DNA from: Eledone cirrhosa
Taxonomy: Eukaryota
DNA length: 64,000 nucleotides
Reading direction: 5' to 3'
Assembly (NCBI GenBank): GCA_964016885.1
Contig: OZ024741.1
Span: 116,188,001 to 116,252,000 of the forward strand
Positions 1 through 11,741 of the stretch are shown piece after piece; the stretch's first letter is position 1, and the number at the start of each line of letters is the position of its first letter. The notes beneath the pieces are model-generated. The model saw only the letters and a program-made list of their open reading frames with translations. It did no database searches and was not told the origin of the DNA. Both the position numbers and the translations under genes were made by a program.

Positions 1-165
1 TTTCACAACCTTTACCATTCACCGCCCACTGTTAATAACTCCCTGGTGTCCAACCTGTTGAAGACAGATATATTCAGCAACTATTTCTTTCTTCATTTCA
101 TTCTGAATCACAACAGGAATCACCACTACCCATCAGTTAAATAGCAATTATCTCTTTAATTGTGA

Positions 166-290
166 AGGCAATAGCTTAGTGGTTAAAGAGTTGGATTCAT
201 AATTGTGAGGTTGTGAGTTCGATTCCTAGACCAGGCGATGCATTATGCATGTCCTTGAGCAAGACAATTTATTTCACATTACTGCTTCTG
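166..290 (+). mobile_element. tRNA-derived CORE-like SINE (type A), 5' part
   Basis: A-box-like TAGCTTAGTGG, B-box GTTCGATTCC, then CCTTGAGCAAGACA..TATTTCACATT as in the full copy at 9563. Confidence 0.75.
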
Positions 291-461
291 CCAGGAGCTC
301 TGACCAGTAGGTACTATCAGCAATTGGAAAGACCAAAGGAAACATTGTTTCCTTGATCCAATTTGATGAGTTCCCCCCTACTCGGTAAACGAATGAGGTC
401 TGGAATCTTGTCGATTCAGATCATAATCTCTTTAATAGTATTTATGTTTGTGTTACAAAGT

Positions 462-810
462 TGGAAACAACCTCCGACAGTTTCAACAATGAGTGTCCAT
501 TCCAGTTGTTTCATCAACGGATCAGCCTGTTCATGAACTTTACATGTAAGTGGCTGAGCATTCCAGAAACGTGTACCCTTAACGTAATTCTCAGGGAGAT
601 ACAGCATTACACACTGTGTGACAAGTTTAGCCCTTTGAATTACAGGTACAGTCCATTCTAAAGGAATCCAAACAGTCACTGCCTACCAAATTTCACTTAC
701 ATGGCATGGTTCAACATCAAGGTTATGGTAAGTGACACTTTCCCAAGATGTCACACAGGACCTAATGATTGCAAAGTGAACTTCTTAATGATTTGGCCAT
801 GCTGCATCCA
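462..810 (-). mobile_element. tRNA-derived SINE (type B), degenerate
   Basis: Shares GTAAGTGGCTGAGCATTCC...GTACCCTTAA...GTGACAAG...TTTGAATTACAGGTACAGTCCAT with copies at 44515, 47000, 55610, 60565 and (reverse) 47785. Confidence 0.7.
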
Positions 811-1319
811 TGTGCACATGCTTATATAATATACATTCACTCTAAAATCCTTCGATAACTCCACTAATGCACTCTAGTAGTTACTCTCTCTCTACCACTT
901 ATGCATCCTCCACACACAACCACCCCTTACCTATCTCTCCATCACTTCCCCTCCTCATTACTATCAACCACATCCCCTACACTACTACATCCCCTCTCCC
1001 ATACACTATCAGCCACCCATTCCCCTTACACATCACCCTGCCAAGTCACCACATACACCTATAACTTCATACCTATCTCCCTCCTTCCCAGAACAGAGAC
1101 AGCTTTTCAGTTGGGACTAAGACCAACAACCTCGCCAGTGACGGTACCACGAAAATGCACCTGGTACATTCCATAAGGTGGTTGGCAGCAAAAAGCACAC
1201 CCTTCTGTAGAAACCATGCCTAAAAGGGTTGAGAGGATCCTTCAGATGTGTCAATAACATAACAACCTCTCTAGAGTTGGTGATCTACATGATAAATATG
1301 CCCAGTACACATTGTAAAA

Positions 1320-1530
1320 TGTAAGGATGAAAGGCAAAGCTAACCTCGGTGGGATTTAAACTATAGAAGCAGTAATAATGGCTTCTGACTTAGGCAAAAG
1401 CCCAACAATTTTGGAGGATGGGAAAGTTGATTAAATCGACTCCAGTGTGTTACTGGTACTTTATTTTATTGACCTCATAAGGATGAAAGGCAAAGCTAAC
1501 CTCAGTAGGATTTGAACTATAGAAGCAATA
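1320..1530 (-). mobile_element. Nin/Deu-domain-like SINE (type C) with partial tandem duplicate
   Basis: CTGGTACTTTATTTTAT..ACC....AAGGATGAAAGGCAAAG.TAACCTC..GGATTTGAACT motif, seen >10 times in the window; AAGGATGAAAGGCAAAGCTAACCTC occurs twice here. Confidence 0.7.
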
Positions 1531-1794
1531 ATAACAAAGAGAAAAAAACCAACCATTAAATATCACAGCAAACTGTTTTGCCAAGCCCTGTTGATCCAGC
1601 CATCGAACTACATCAGCTGTGCTCCATTTCTTTAACTGAAAGAATACAAAACATTTATCAAAGATTTATTTATTTAAAGTGTGGGTACACAGCCTAGTGG
1701 TTAGGGTGCTGAGCACATCTTAATTTTCTTAATTTTATTTTTATTTTCTCTTTGTAAAATTTTTATAATTTTTCTAGCATTGTGGTTCTGAATC

Positions 1795-1945
1795 ATTATC
1801 ATCATCATCATTGTTTAATGTCCATTTTCCACGCTAGCATAGGTTAGACAAGTTGTCCTTTTTGAGGTAAGTCGAGGTCAGATGACTATGTCTTGCTCAT
1901 AAAGAACTAATTCTGGCTTTGTTTCTATAGCTGGATGCCCTTCGA
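1795..1945 (-). mobile_element. RTE-type 3' tail fragment
   Basis: (CAT)n then TCCACGCTAGCATAGGTTAGAC...TTTCTATAGCTGGATGCCCTTC, reverse of the RTE 3' UTR at 3640-3790. Confidence 0.65.
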
Positions 1946-2684
1946 AGGTAATTTTTAAAATGATAAACATTTTTTTTTATTATTTCAAGAATACAAAAAA
2001 ATATATAAAGAATAATTACCTCTTGTGGTAAACTTTTGTAATTTTCATTTAGGAATTGAACAGGTACATCGGAAGCTAAAAGAGAATATAACACATTTCA
2101 AAATATAAGTTTATTTATTTATTTTCTTACAACATAGCTACACTGTTTCAAAGGAACAGGTGTTTACTTAGCTACACTATAGAAAACTTATATACTCTAC
2201 TTAAGTATTGAGTTTTCTTTCCTGTGAAGGTAGCTATCATTAGTATTATTTAAATATGTGTGTGAGTATCTGCATGAGTGTGTGTGTATGTACATGAATT
2301 TTAAGAATACATTGTCAAAATCATATATAAGGAAAAACAGCCTGATGACTTCTGAATAGATATACTTCGTTAAAGTAATTTTATGTTGAAGCTGGTACTA
2401 ATAGTCAGGGAACAGTCCAAGTATTTGTAATAATGAATATTGTAATCCATTTGACAAGTGTTAAAAGGCCAGTTTTTGGTGAAGATAATATATTTAGTTT
2501 GGGAAGACGTGGTCAAACGTCCTTCCTTGTCGCCATTATCATTATCATATATTATCTCATATAAATTGAACTGTTCAAGTAGGAAACCAATATATGTTGT
2601 ATTACTATGTAATTAATATATATATATATATATAGGAGAAAATTGTAGTTTGCTTGAAGCATTGTGTATGGTATAGAAAAATAG

Positions 2685-2966
2685 GAAGTTTGAAGGCCAT
2701 GACAATGCAAAATGGACGAACAAGAAAATAAGACGATGCAAGATGTTATGTTACCTTATTTATTTATGTGTCCTGATATTTTGAGATAAAATCTCTTGTT
2801 CAGATCTGTACATCTACCGATTCTGGCGGGAGCACTTGTTATATTCCTCCGAAGAAGAAGAGATTTTATCTCAAAATATCAGGACAGATAAATAAGGTAA
2901 CATAACATCTTGCACCATCTTATTTTCTTGTTCATTCATTTTACATTGCCATGGCCTTCAAACTTC
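2685..2966. repeat. Fold-back element (~117 bp inverted arms) with degenerate minimal hammerhead motifs; probably Penelope pLTR-derived
   Basis: GAAGTTTGAAGGCCATGACAATG...GAGATAAAATCTCTT (2685-~2801) is the reverse complement of AAGAGATTTTATCTC...CATTGCCATGGCCTTCAAACTTC (~2850-2966); partial reverse copy at 5290-5385. Confidence 0.75.
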
Positions 2967-2975
2967 ATATTTATC

Positions 2976-3790
2976 TAAGGTTTCTCTCTAAAAATGAAAG
3001 GCAGATTGTATGATGCCTGTATACGAACAGCAATGCTACATGGCAGTGAGACATGAGCATTACATGCAGAGGACCTGCGCAGACTGGAAAGGAACGAAGC
3101 ATGCATGCTCCGTTGGATGTGTAATAGTAATATACGTGAACAGCAAAGCATAGATGAACTAAGTGAGAAATTAGGAATAAGAGGGATCAGATGCTGTTTA
3201 CTTGAGAGAAGACTATGTTGGTATGGCCACGTGATACGCATGAAAGACAACAGCTGCACAAAAAAGTGCAGGTTGATCAAAATTGATGGTAGTTACGGAG
3301 TAGGTAGACCCAGAAAAACCTGGGATGATCTGATAAATTCCAACCTTACACACTTGCACCTCTCTAAGACAATGTCACTGGACCGAGATCTTTGGCGCTA
3401 CGCAGTAATACAGAAGACCCGCCTTGCCTAAGTACAAAGCGAAACCTACAGTCAGTAGGCACCTCTTAACCAAATATACACCCTAATCCACTACCCCTAC
3501 CCAATCCTCCCACTAACACCACCCTCTCTCTGTAAAGTTGGTACCACAACATCCAGTCCAAATAAATGAGATAATGAGATCGAGATCGTGTAGGTAACAC
3601 GGTAAAAAGTTCCCAGTTCCACACTGTAAATGTGATTGGTGTTAGGAAGGGCATCCAGCCGTAGAAAACCTGCCAGATAGACCTATATGAGCGAGACGTG
3701 GTCACCCAACCAACCTTGCCTCAAGTGGGACAACTCCCGTCTAACCCATGCTAGTGTGGAAGATGGACGTTAAACGAAGATGATGATGAT
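2976..3790 (+). mobile_element. RTE-clade LINE, 5'-truncated 3' fragment (family A)
   Basis: ORF ..RRLCWYGHVIRM..GRPRKTW..DRDLWR homologous to the C-terminus of the 31961 copy; 3' UTR ending in (GAT)n. Confidence 0.92.
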
Positions 3791-3844
3791 ATATACATAT
3801 AGAATTAGAAAGGTTCCCTATGTCTTTGACTAAGAAAAATAGTC

Positions 3845-4032
3845 TAATAATAATTATTTCTACATTTGGCACAAGGCCAGCAATTACCCAGTACATTACT
3901 GGTACTTTATTTTATCGACCCCGTAAGGGTGAAAAGCAAAGTTAACCCCAACAGGAATTGAACTCAGACCGTAAAGGGACGTAACTATGCTGGAAAGCAT
4001 GGAGTCCGACTCTCTACCTATACTGCCAATCC
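3845..4032 (-). mobile_element. Nin/Deu-like SINE (type C)
   Basis: Minus strand reads tRNA-like head, TCTGAGTTCAATTCC, central TTTCACCCTTACGGGGTCGATAAAATAAAGTACCAG and (ATT)n tail. Confidence 0.8.
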
Positions 4033-4381
4033 AATAATAATGGGGTGGAAAAACCCACTGAATGGACCTGATGCCAATCTTTTTCCATTCCGTGAGTTTA
4101 TATGCCCCATTATTTTCAGGCCATTTTATTTAGTTAAAGTTATGGCAAAGGCTTCTAATTGAATTTTCAAACTCTGCTCACAGCTTTCTAAACATACGCT
4201 CTATATATATAAACAAATTATAGAAGATACATATACATATAGATGCATAAGTATAAACACGTATATGTGAGTGGAGTCTATCTTTACCATGTTCGCTCAA
4301 TGTATGAATTAAATAAATAATTAATTAATGAGAAAAAATTAGGTAAATTTTGTTTGTTCTTCACATACACATATATATATA

Positions 4382-5260
4382 CAGGGTGTGGACGATATTT
4401 GTTCACAATTTTCAACTGCTAATTTTATGCAAATTTTTTTTACTTCCGTTGTCACTCTTGTCTTCATAAAAACAGTGACTCTATTTCCATTATTTATTTT
4501 CAGAATAATTGATTATGAATAATTTTGAACCTCCAAATTTGTGGAAGAGACACGGAGTTCTTCTTGGAATCCGCGCCAAGAGGACAAATAAGGAAATTTC
4601 AGACTTTCTCAGCTTCAGCAGGAGAATGGTGGAAAAGGTCAGAGTCATACAGACAAAGTTTCCAGCTACAACATTGGTCTTAGGAGTCGTCAGCAGTCAA
4701 GGTGACGTCATGCCACCTCACTTCTTCCCTGAGGGCCTCAAGCTGAACACCGATGAACATCCGAGTTCTGAGCGAGGTAGTAAAGCCCTGGATCAACCAG
4801 GTAGCTGCAGGTAGGCCGTACGTGTGGCAGCAAGACTCAGCGCCCTGCCATACCAGCCGAAAGACCCAAGCCTGGCTGTCAGAGAACTTCGTCGACCACA
4901 CTTCCCCCGACATCTGGCCTCCCAGCTCGCCTGACTGCAACCCCCTCGACTTCTTTGTGTGGGGCGCAGTGGAACGAGACACCAACAGATCTAGTTGCAA
5001 TACGAAAGATGATCTGAAGGCCAGGATCATAAGTGCCTTTAGGGGCCTAAGTGGGGGGACAGTGATGAAAGCCTGTAGCCGGCTCCAAGGCTGCCTTGAG
5101 GCCGTCATCAAAGCCAATGGCAGGTTTATTGAGTGAGATCGAAAGAACAAGTCATGAAGACAAACTGACCCAAGTTTGATAAATATATCTTAAAAAATAA
5201 AACTACTGTGTTATTTTTTCCTAGACAGTAATCTTGCGAACAAATATCGTCCGCACCCTG
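4382..5260 (+). mobile_element. Tc1/mariner DD37D (maT-type) transposon, internally deleted and frameshifted
   Basis: TIRs CAGGGTGTGGACGATATTTGTTCACAA / TTGCGAACAAATATCGTCCGCACCCTG flanked by TA; translation WQQDSAPCH...WPPSSPDCNPLDFFVW with 37 residues between 2nd and 3rd Asp. Confidence 0.93.
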
Positions 5261-5875
5261 TATATATATATATATATATATAAACCCAGAGATTTACTCA
5301 TCTGCATTGTCGAGGCTTCCAAACGACTTAAAGAAATTTACCTTATTATTCCACAATGCTTCAAGCAAACTTCAATACTCTCTTATATATATATATATAT
5401 ATATATATAAATATATTGGTGTTCTACTTGTCTGGCAAGTGACTTGATATGAGACCATTTATTGAAACTAAAACAATTAGTCATTTTAGCCACTTAAATT
5501 CACACAAAAACTTAAGATTCCATTCTCTTCCTATATACATCATTTATATCTTAGTGGCATTAGGAAATAAATAATATGTAGAGTGTAAAGTTAACTATTT
5601 TTGTATTTTAAAATTGTTTCCATGCTTGCATCAGTTAGAAGGCTGTCATATACTGAGGCCAGACTGGTCAAGTGACTATGTCCTGCTCATGGACTTTGTT
5701 TTGGCTTGGTTTCTACAGCTCGATACCCTACCTAATGCCAACCACTTTACAACATATATTATATTATATATATATGAAAAATTGCACATCAGTATGTGGT
5801 TCAGAGTGTGCATTTTTTGCAGATATATATTATATAGGTATGTAGGAAGGTAAAAACAGGTATTTTCTATATATT

Positions 5876-5984
5876 CAGGATGTCCTTAAAAAATGTATAC
5901 ACACTTTGATTACCTGTACATGCAATATTTATTAGAATGGTGTATACATTTTTTTTTTGGGGGGGGGGGGGGGGGGGCATCCTG
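5876..5984. mobile_element. ~100 bp Tc1/mariner-type MITE
   Basis: TIRs CAGGATGTCC..AAAAAATGTATAC / GTATACATTTTT..GGGCATCCTG; same element in opposite orientation at 43109-43208. Confidence 0.7.
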
Positions 5985-6243
5985 TAATTAACAGCAATAG
6001 CAGTCAACCTACCAGTAGATGGAAGGGCAAATGGCTGACTTCCGTAGTTACAGGATTCATCCAGTACACTGGAAACTGTTTTCAGGGTTAGCTTCTTTTG
6101 GGGTGTGTATCCTTGTTGTTCCCATCGTTGCATCGGGGTAAACAACTTCTTACTTACGAAGACAGGGGCCAATAAACTGAAAGACAAAAGAAAAAGTCAA
6201 GTAAACATCAACATAAACATTTACCCATTGTTATTTTTATTGT

Positions 6244-7167
6244 TTAACCTTTTCGTGACTGTATTTCTAATGAAATACACTCTAATTTAATTGGTTAATG
6301 AACGATTTTGAGGAATTTACAAAAATTATTACTTCATTACTAAGATAATATTTTAACCCTTTTGTATTTCAAATGAAATACTTTGTATTTGAATTAATTA
6401 ATGAAGAATTTTGGTAAGATTTACTAAAATAATAATTTCCTTAAGTTGGTATTTGTAATATAACAAAAGGTTCTTACAAGGTGTGTCAGAAAAGAAACTG
6501 GTTTGGGGTTGCAAAAAAAATATTTCAAATTCAAACAACAAACTACAAGTTTACCCCTTCTAAATAATCCCCCTTGAGTCTAACACACTTCCCATCTTTC
6601 TCTGCCATACTTGGAAAGATTCTCTCAGGATTTTCTGCAGCTTCATCACCACAGCCCTCTTGATGGCTTTCATGTTTGGAAAACATGTTCCCATGACTCA
6701 TCACCGGTGATGACTCTCCCCAGCAAGTTGGTTCAGTAGAAAGCCTTTAAAATGGGTAGTTTTTCTTGGTAGTAACAGATGCTGTTTTGGGCAGGTTGGT
6801 ATTAAAATGGTTAATAATGGAGGAAAGAGTTGTGCCCAACCTCCTTTTCAGGGCCTCTGAGACTGCTGATGGGATACCCTAACAGAGTGAACTCCACTAA
6901 AGGAACCATGGGGTAATATAGTGGTGTTTGATCCTTTTGATACTAACCCACCCCAAACCACATTTGTTTCCACAAAACAAAACCACACATTCTAAAGCAT
7001 ACCTATTTAAGTTAGAACCTTTTAATATATGTTTTTACTTTTTATTAAGTATATGGTTTAAAATACTATTTTAATTAAATTATTAATAATTTGAGTAAAT
7101 CCCCCTAAATTCTTCATTAATTCAAATACTGTGTATTTCATTAGAAATATGGTAAGGGAAGGGTTAA
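6244..7167. mobile_element. TTAA-flanked (piggyBac-type) non-autonomous element
   Basis: TTAA-CCTTTTCGTGACTGTATTTCTAATGAAATACAC.. and ..GTGTATTTCATTAGAAATATGGTAAGGGAAGGG-TTAA form ~80 bp imperfect inverted termini; solo ends at 6353, 38251, 45490, 52490. Confidence 0.6.
6478..6690 (-). mobile_element. mariner transposase C-terminal remnant
   Basis: Minus-strand translation GTCFPNMKAIKRAVVMKL..ESFQVWQRKM/KCVRLKGDYLEG* (one frameshift) resembles the mariner C-terminal W.KC....GDYFE motif. Confidence 0.6.
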
Positions 7168-8221
7168 ACCAAGCAGCAGACTTGTTCTTGTCATTGTTAT
7201 CTAAGTTCAGATCAATCTCTAATCAAACAGACCTATAATCAATAGCACTCCAGCTACAATATCCCCTCCCCATACTTTTTATGAGTATGTCTATGATTAC
7301 ATTATTCAGTTTGGTGTGAGCTGAGGAAAATTTAGCTGTTATTTCAAGCAGGTCAAGCTGCCATGTAGAGATTTCCTTATTAAGTCTACCACCAAAGATA
7401 ATCTTTTATTTTTGGCCTCCTGGTGGATTCGTGGGAGTGCTGCCTGACACAGCAGTTCTTTGGGCCATTTTTTTCCCAGAGAGAGGGGAGGGGAAATCAA
7501 CTCCATTACTGGACTGGTACTTTATTTATCAACCTTGAAAGGATGGAAAGCAAAATTGACCTCTGCAAGATTTCAAGTCAGATTTCTGCAATTTCTGTCA
7601 ACCAAATTCCATTCACAAAAACATAGGTCAATTCAAGACTGTAGTAAAAAAACACTTGATCAAGATGCCACATATTGGAATAGAACCCAAGACTATGTGG
7701 CTGCAAAGCAAACTTCATAGCCACAATGCCATGTATGTAAACATTTACATATATAAACAAAGTTTTCTCGAAAATCAAGTTGAGGCGTGAGTGTATTAGA
7801 ATTTATGCCATCATTGACAGCATTTTGCTGTTTTGGCAGCTATCCTTACATTCAGTTTTTCTCATTATTCTATAAATTTAGATATGTCTAGAAGTTAAAT
7901 TGTGGAAGTATAAAATATATATAAAAATATATTTAGACCTGAAATATTTTAAAATTATCATTGTTGTATTTTATTTGTTTTGTCTTTTTAATTTGATTGT
8001 TTGTTTGCTTTTTTTATTTGTTTGTTTTTTGTCTTGTTTTTGTTTTTTATCATTTTAGAAAAAAACTATTTTGCCTCCTCCTTGTTTCCTCAGTCTGAAA
8101 AATGTTAAAATATCAGAGAGATGAGTATCTGTGGTGAACTGGAGGGAAAGATAAGGAGTTAACATATTTCACATCAACAGTCTGGAACTTTGAGAATATC
8201 TTATCTTGTGTAGGAAATTAA

Positions 8222-8496
8222 ATGACAACAACAGCAACAACAACAGCAGTAGCAACAACAACAATGATGACAATAACAATAATAACAAGAGCAGCAACAA
8301 CAATAACAGCAACAATAACAACAACAATAGCAACAACAATGATAGCAGAATTAACAGCCACAACAACAATAGGAACAATGAGAAAAATAGCAGCAACAGC
8401 AACAACAATTACAGCAACAATAGCACAACAGCAGCAGCAGCAACATCAATCACAGCAACAACAATAACAGCAACAACAACAATAATAACAACAGCA
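8222..8496. repeat. Imperfect (CAA/CAG/AAT)n microsatellite
   Basis: Direct inspection. Confidence 0.95.
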
Positions 8497-8649
8497 GTGT
8501 TCAATCCCACCTGAAGTTTGAAGGAGAATGGGGTCTAGTCAGGTTGACATAATCCATATACATTTCATAGAAACAATCTCTAGGGAAGACTCAACTCTCT
8601 CTCTCTCTGTCTCTGTGTCTGTGTGTGTGTGTGTGTGTGTGAGAACGAT

Positions 8650-8820
8650 GTTTTTTTCTTAAATCTTTTTTGTATTATTTTATCTTTTATTTTTCATTCT
8701 ATCTTCTGACGAAGGACTAGTGTACGAAATATTAAAATTCTTTTCCTATTGTTTCAAGTGTTAAATTATTTCTTCATTGTATTGTGTTGTTTGCTTTGTT
8801 ATTTCTGTTTACTATTTACA
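8650..8820 (+). repeat. Penelope-pLTR-like repeat with minimal hammerhead motif
   Basis: CTGACGA-A-GGAC-TAGT-GTAC-GAAA-TATTA at 8706-8734; homologous T-rich flanks at 19335-19385 and 40500-40700. Confidence 0.55.
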
Positions 8821-8872
8821 CACACACACACACACATATATTTGATGATGATGATGATGATGATATATATAT

Positions 8873-9258
8873 ATCATCATCACCATTTTACGTTCGTTCT
8901 TCCACGCTAGCATGGGTTAGACGGGTTGTCCTGTTGTGGGCAGTGTCCAGTCGGCTGACCTTGTCTTGCTCATACGGGAACTGATTCTGGCTTGATTTCT
9001 ACAGCTGGATGCCCTTCCTAACACCAACCTCATTTGCAGTGAGTGCTGGGTGTTTTTTTGCCGTGGCACCTCCACAACCACTTTGCAGTGGAATGATAGG
9101 GATCCCAGTCCTATCATCTCATTTCTACAGCTGAGTAAACTGGAACAATGTGAAATAAAGTGTCTTGCTCAAGGAAATAACACATCACCTGGTCTGAGAA
9201 TTGAATTCACAACCTTTCGATTGCAAGCCCAATGCTCTAACCACTAAGCCATGCACCT

Positions 9259-9261
<3 letters not shown>
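8873..9261 (-). mobile_element. CORE-like tRNA SINE (type A) with RTE family-A tail
   Basis: Reverse complement of the 9563 copy over head and body; 3' end CCCATGCTAGCGTGGAAG..(GAT)n. Confidence 0.9.
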
Positions 9262-9262
<1 letters not shown>

Positions 9263-9340
<78 letters not shown>

Positions 9341-9562
9341 TATATATATATATATTATATATATATATTATATATATATATATTATATATATATATATTA
9401 TATATATATATATTATATATATATATATTATATATATATATATTATATATATATATATTATATATATATATATTATATATATATATTTTATATATATATA
9501 TTATATATATATATATATTATATATATATATTATATATATATATTATATATATATATATATA
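9263..9562. repeat. (TA)n microsatellite with periodic extra T
   Basis: Direct inspection. Confidence 0.95.
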
Positions 9563-9903
9563 TGGAGGCACATGGCTTAGTGGTTAGAGCATTGGCCTTG
9601 CAATCGAAAGGTTGTGAGTTCAATTCTCAGACCGGGTGGTGTGTTGTTTCCTTGAGCAAGACACTTTATTTCACATTGCTCCAGTTTACTCAGCTGTAGA
9701 AATGAGATGCTAGGGACTGAGGTCCTTATCATTCCACTGCAAAGTGGTCGTGTAGGTGCCACGGCAAAAAAGCACCCAGCACTCACTGTAAATGAGGTTG
9801 GTGTTAGGAAGGGCATCCAGCTGTAGAAATCAAGCCAGTATCAGTTCCCGTCCCACCCTTGCAAGCAGGGAAAAGCGGACGTAAAATGAAATGATGATGA
9901 TGA

Positions 9904-9907
<4 letters not shown>
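9563..9907 (+). mobile_element. Full-length CORE-like tRNA SINE (type A) with RTE family-B tail
   Basis: A box TGGCTTAGTGG, B box GTTCAATTCT, CCTTGAGCAAGACACTTTATTTCACATTGCTCC body, 3' end CCCGTCCCACCCTTGCAAGCAGGGAAAAGCGGACGTAAAA(TGA)n matching the LINE end at ~35002-35056. Confidence 0.92.
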
Positions 9908-9941
<34 letters not shown>

Positions 9942-10477
9942 TTTGTGCAACTGTATGTACCACATATGAAATAAGCATTGCTTTGGGTGATAAACTTAAT
10001 CCATTGCCTGGTTTAAAACCACCACCTGACCCATGGGTACCTTTAGCAGAGTCCATTCTGTTGCAAGCATTCAGACCAGGTTTTCACTTTGAAGATACTG
10101 TTCCAGATACCCTACCACTACCACCACCACCACCACACCTGTCTCAGAGCCTTGAAAAGGGTCATGAGCACTGCCTTTTGCTCCCTGACTAAAAGACAGG
10201 AAAGAAATTGATTTATTTCAAATCAGACTGCTGATAGTATCTGTTGGTTAAAATTCCTTAACAAGTATCATCGCTTTTCCAGTAACTGAGGCCAGGATTT
10301 GAATTCAGAACGCAATGCATTCTGGCTGCCACTTTAACAACTCCAGTACACCTGACTGATATATTTATTTACTGACCCCAAAAGGATGAAAGGTTAAAGT
10401 TGATCCCAGCAGGATTTGAACTGAAAGCCCAAAATCAAAACAAATATCACAAAGCAATTTTTTTTCCAATGAACTTA

Positions 10478-10730
10478 TACACACGCATGCACACGCACAC
10501 CACAGGCACACACATGCACAGGCATACACAAACTTGCACACATACACACACAGGCACCTACACATGCAAACACAGCACATATATACACATGGAAACACAC
10601 ACACACAGGCACATATACATACACGCAAACACACACACGCAAACAAACAGATGCACACACACAGGCACATACACACGCACAGGCACATACACAAACACCC
10701 ACACATACAAACAAACAGACACACACACAA
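10478..10730. repeat. Imperfect (CA)n microsatellite
   Basis: Direct inspection. Confidence 0.9.
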
Positions 10731-10929
10731 GGATTTTCAGGCCATATTCCCTTATAGGGTCCCATGATAAGGTTCATACTCATCATGGATTTTTTTACTA
10801 TTTTCTTTTAAAGCAATATTTTACAGCCACCCATTTTAGTGACTTCTTCTCAATGACATGAAAAGATACTGTGTAGCCATTCTAAACACAACATTCCCAA
10901 CATAAAATTGCTGCCTATCACTCCCTGAC

Positions 10930-11129
10930 TAATAATAGTTGTTTCTACTTTTGGCACAAGGCCAGCAATTATCCCAGTGTATTACTGGTACTTTATTTTA
11001 TCGACCCCCGTAAGGATGAAAGACAAAGTTAAGCTCGGCGAAATTTGAATTCAGGTCATAAAGGGCCGTAACTCTTTGCTAGAAAGCATGGCGTCCGACC
11101 CTCTACCGATACTGCCAATTCACCGCCCT
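10930..11129 (-). mobile_element. Nin/Deu-like SINE (type C), near full length
   Basis: Head GGCGGTGAATTGGCAGTATCGGTAGAG, B-box-like GAATTCAAATTTC, central TTTCATCCTTACGGGGGTCGATAAAATAAAGTACCAG, (ATT)n tail. Confidence 0.85.
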
Positions 11130-11741
11130 TCCCTGGCTTAGTTTTTTTTTCTTTTTACTATTATTAGTCCCTGACTAATAATAGTAAAAAGAAAAAAAAC
11201 TAAGAAAATCAATGACTGTGTTGGATTTTTTTTTTGTCCTGTATCTTGTTTATACCTTCTATTTTTATATTTTTTCATTTCTTTATTGATAAGAACTATC
11301 TCCAGAGATAACTCAGAGATTCTAGGAAGAGATCCCTTTATCTGCTCTAGATATATATATATAGATATATAGATATATATATATAGATATATATATATAG
11401 GAAAATGTTCAAGACTCCGATGGCAGAGCTCAAGCCGTTTCAACGGCTATTTCATGTGTATGTATATATATATATATACATACACACATATATACATATG
11501 TATACATATATATATGTACACACACTTATATATATATATATGTATACACATATGTATATATATATGTGTGCACACGCACACACACACATATATACATACA
11601 TACATACATACATTTGCGAAACATTCTTGCTATTCAAGGGATGACAATTTCTTTTCTTGTACAACCTTGCCACCAGGAAGGTGGCTAGTCAAAAATGTAC
11701 TTGGAATTAAGAGAAAGAAAAACATACATACATATATATAC

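Noticed and set aside
8169-8514. Poly-N/T/Q/L ORFs (also 36242-36473, 50759-51014)
   Set aside because: Trinucleotide microsatellites without splice or domain support
9563-9640. tRNA gene
   Set aside because: A/B boxes belong to SINE heads; no complete cloverleaf and followed by SINE body
9983-10192. Pro-rich ORF / minus-strand splice acceptor at ~10189
   Set aside because: Sequence recurs at 44905-45025, so it is a dispersed repeat
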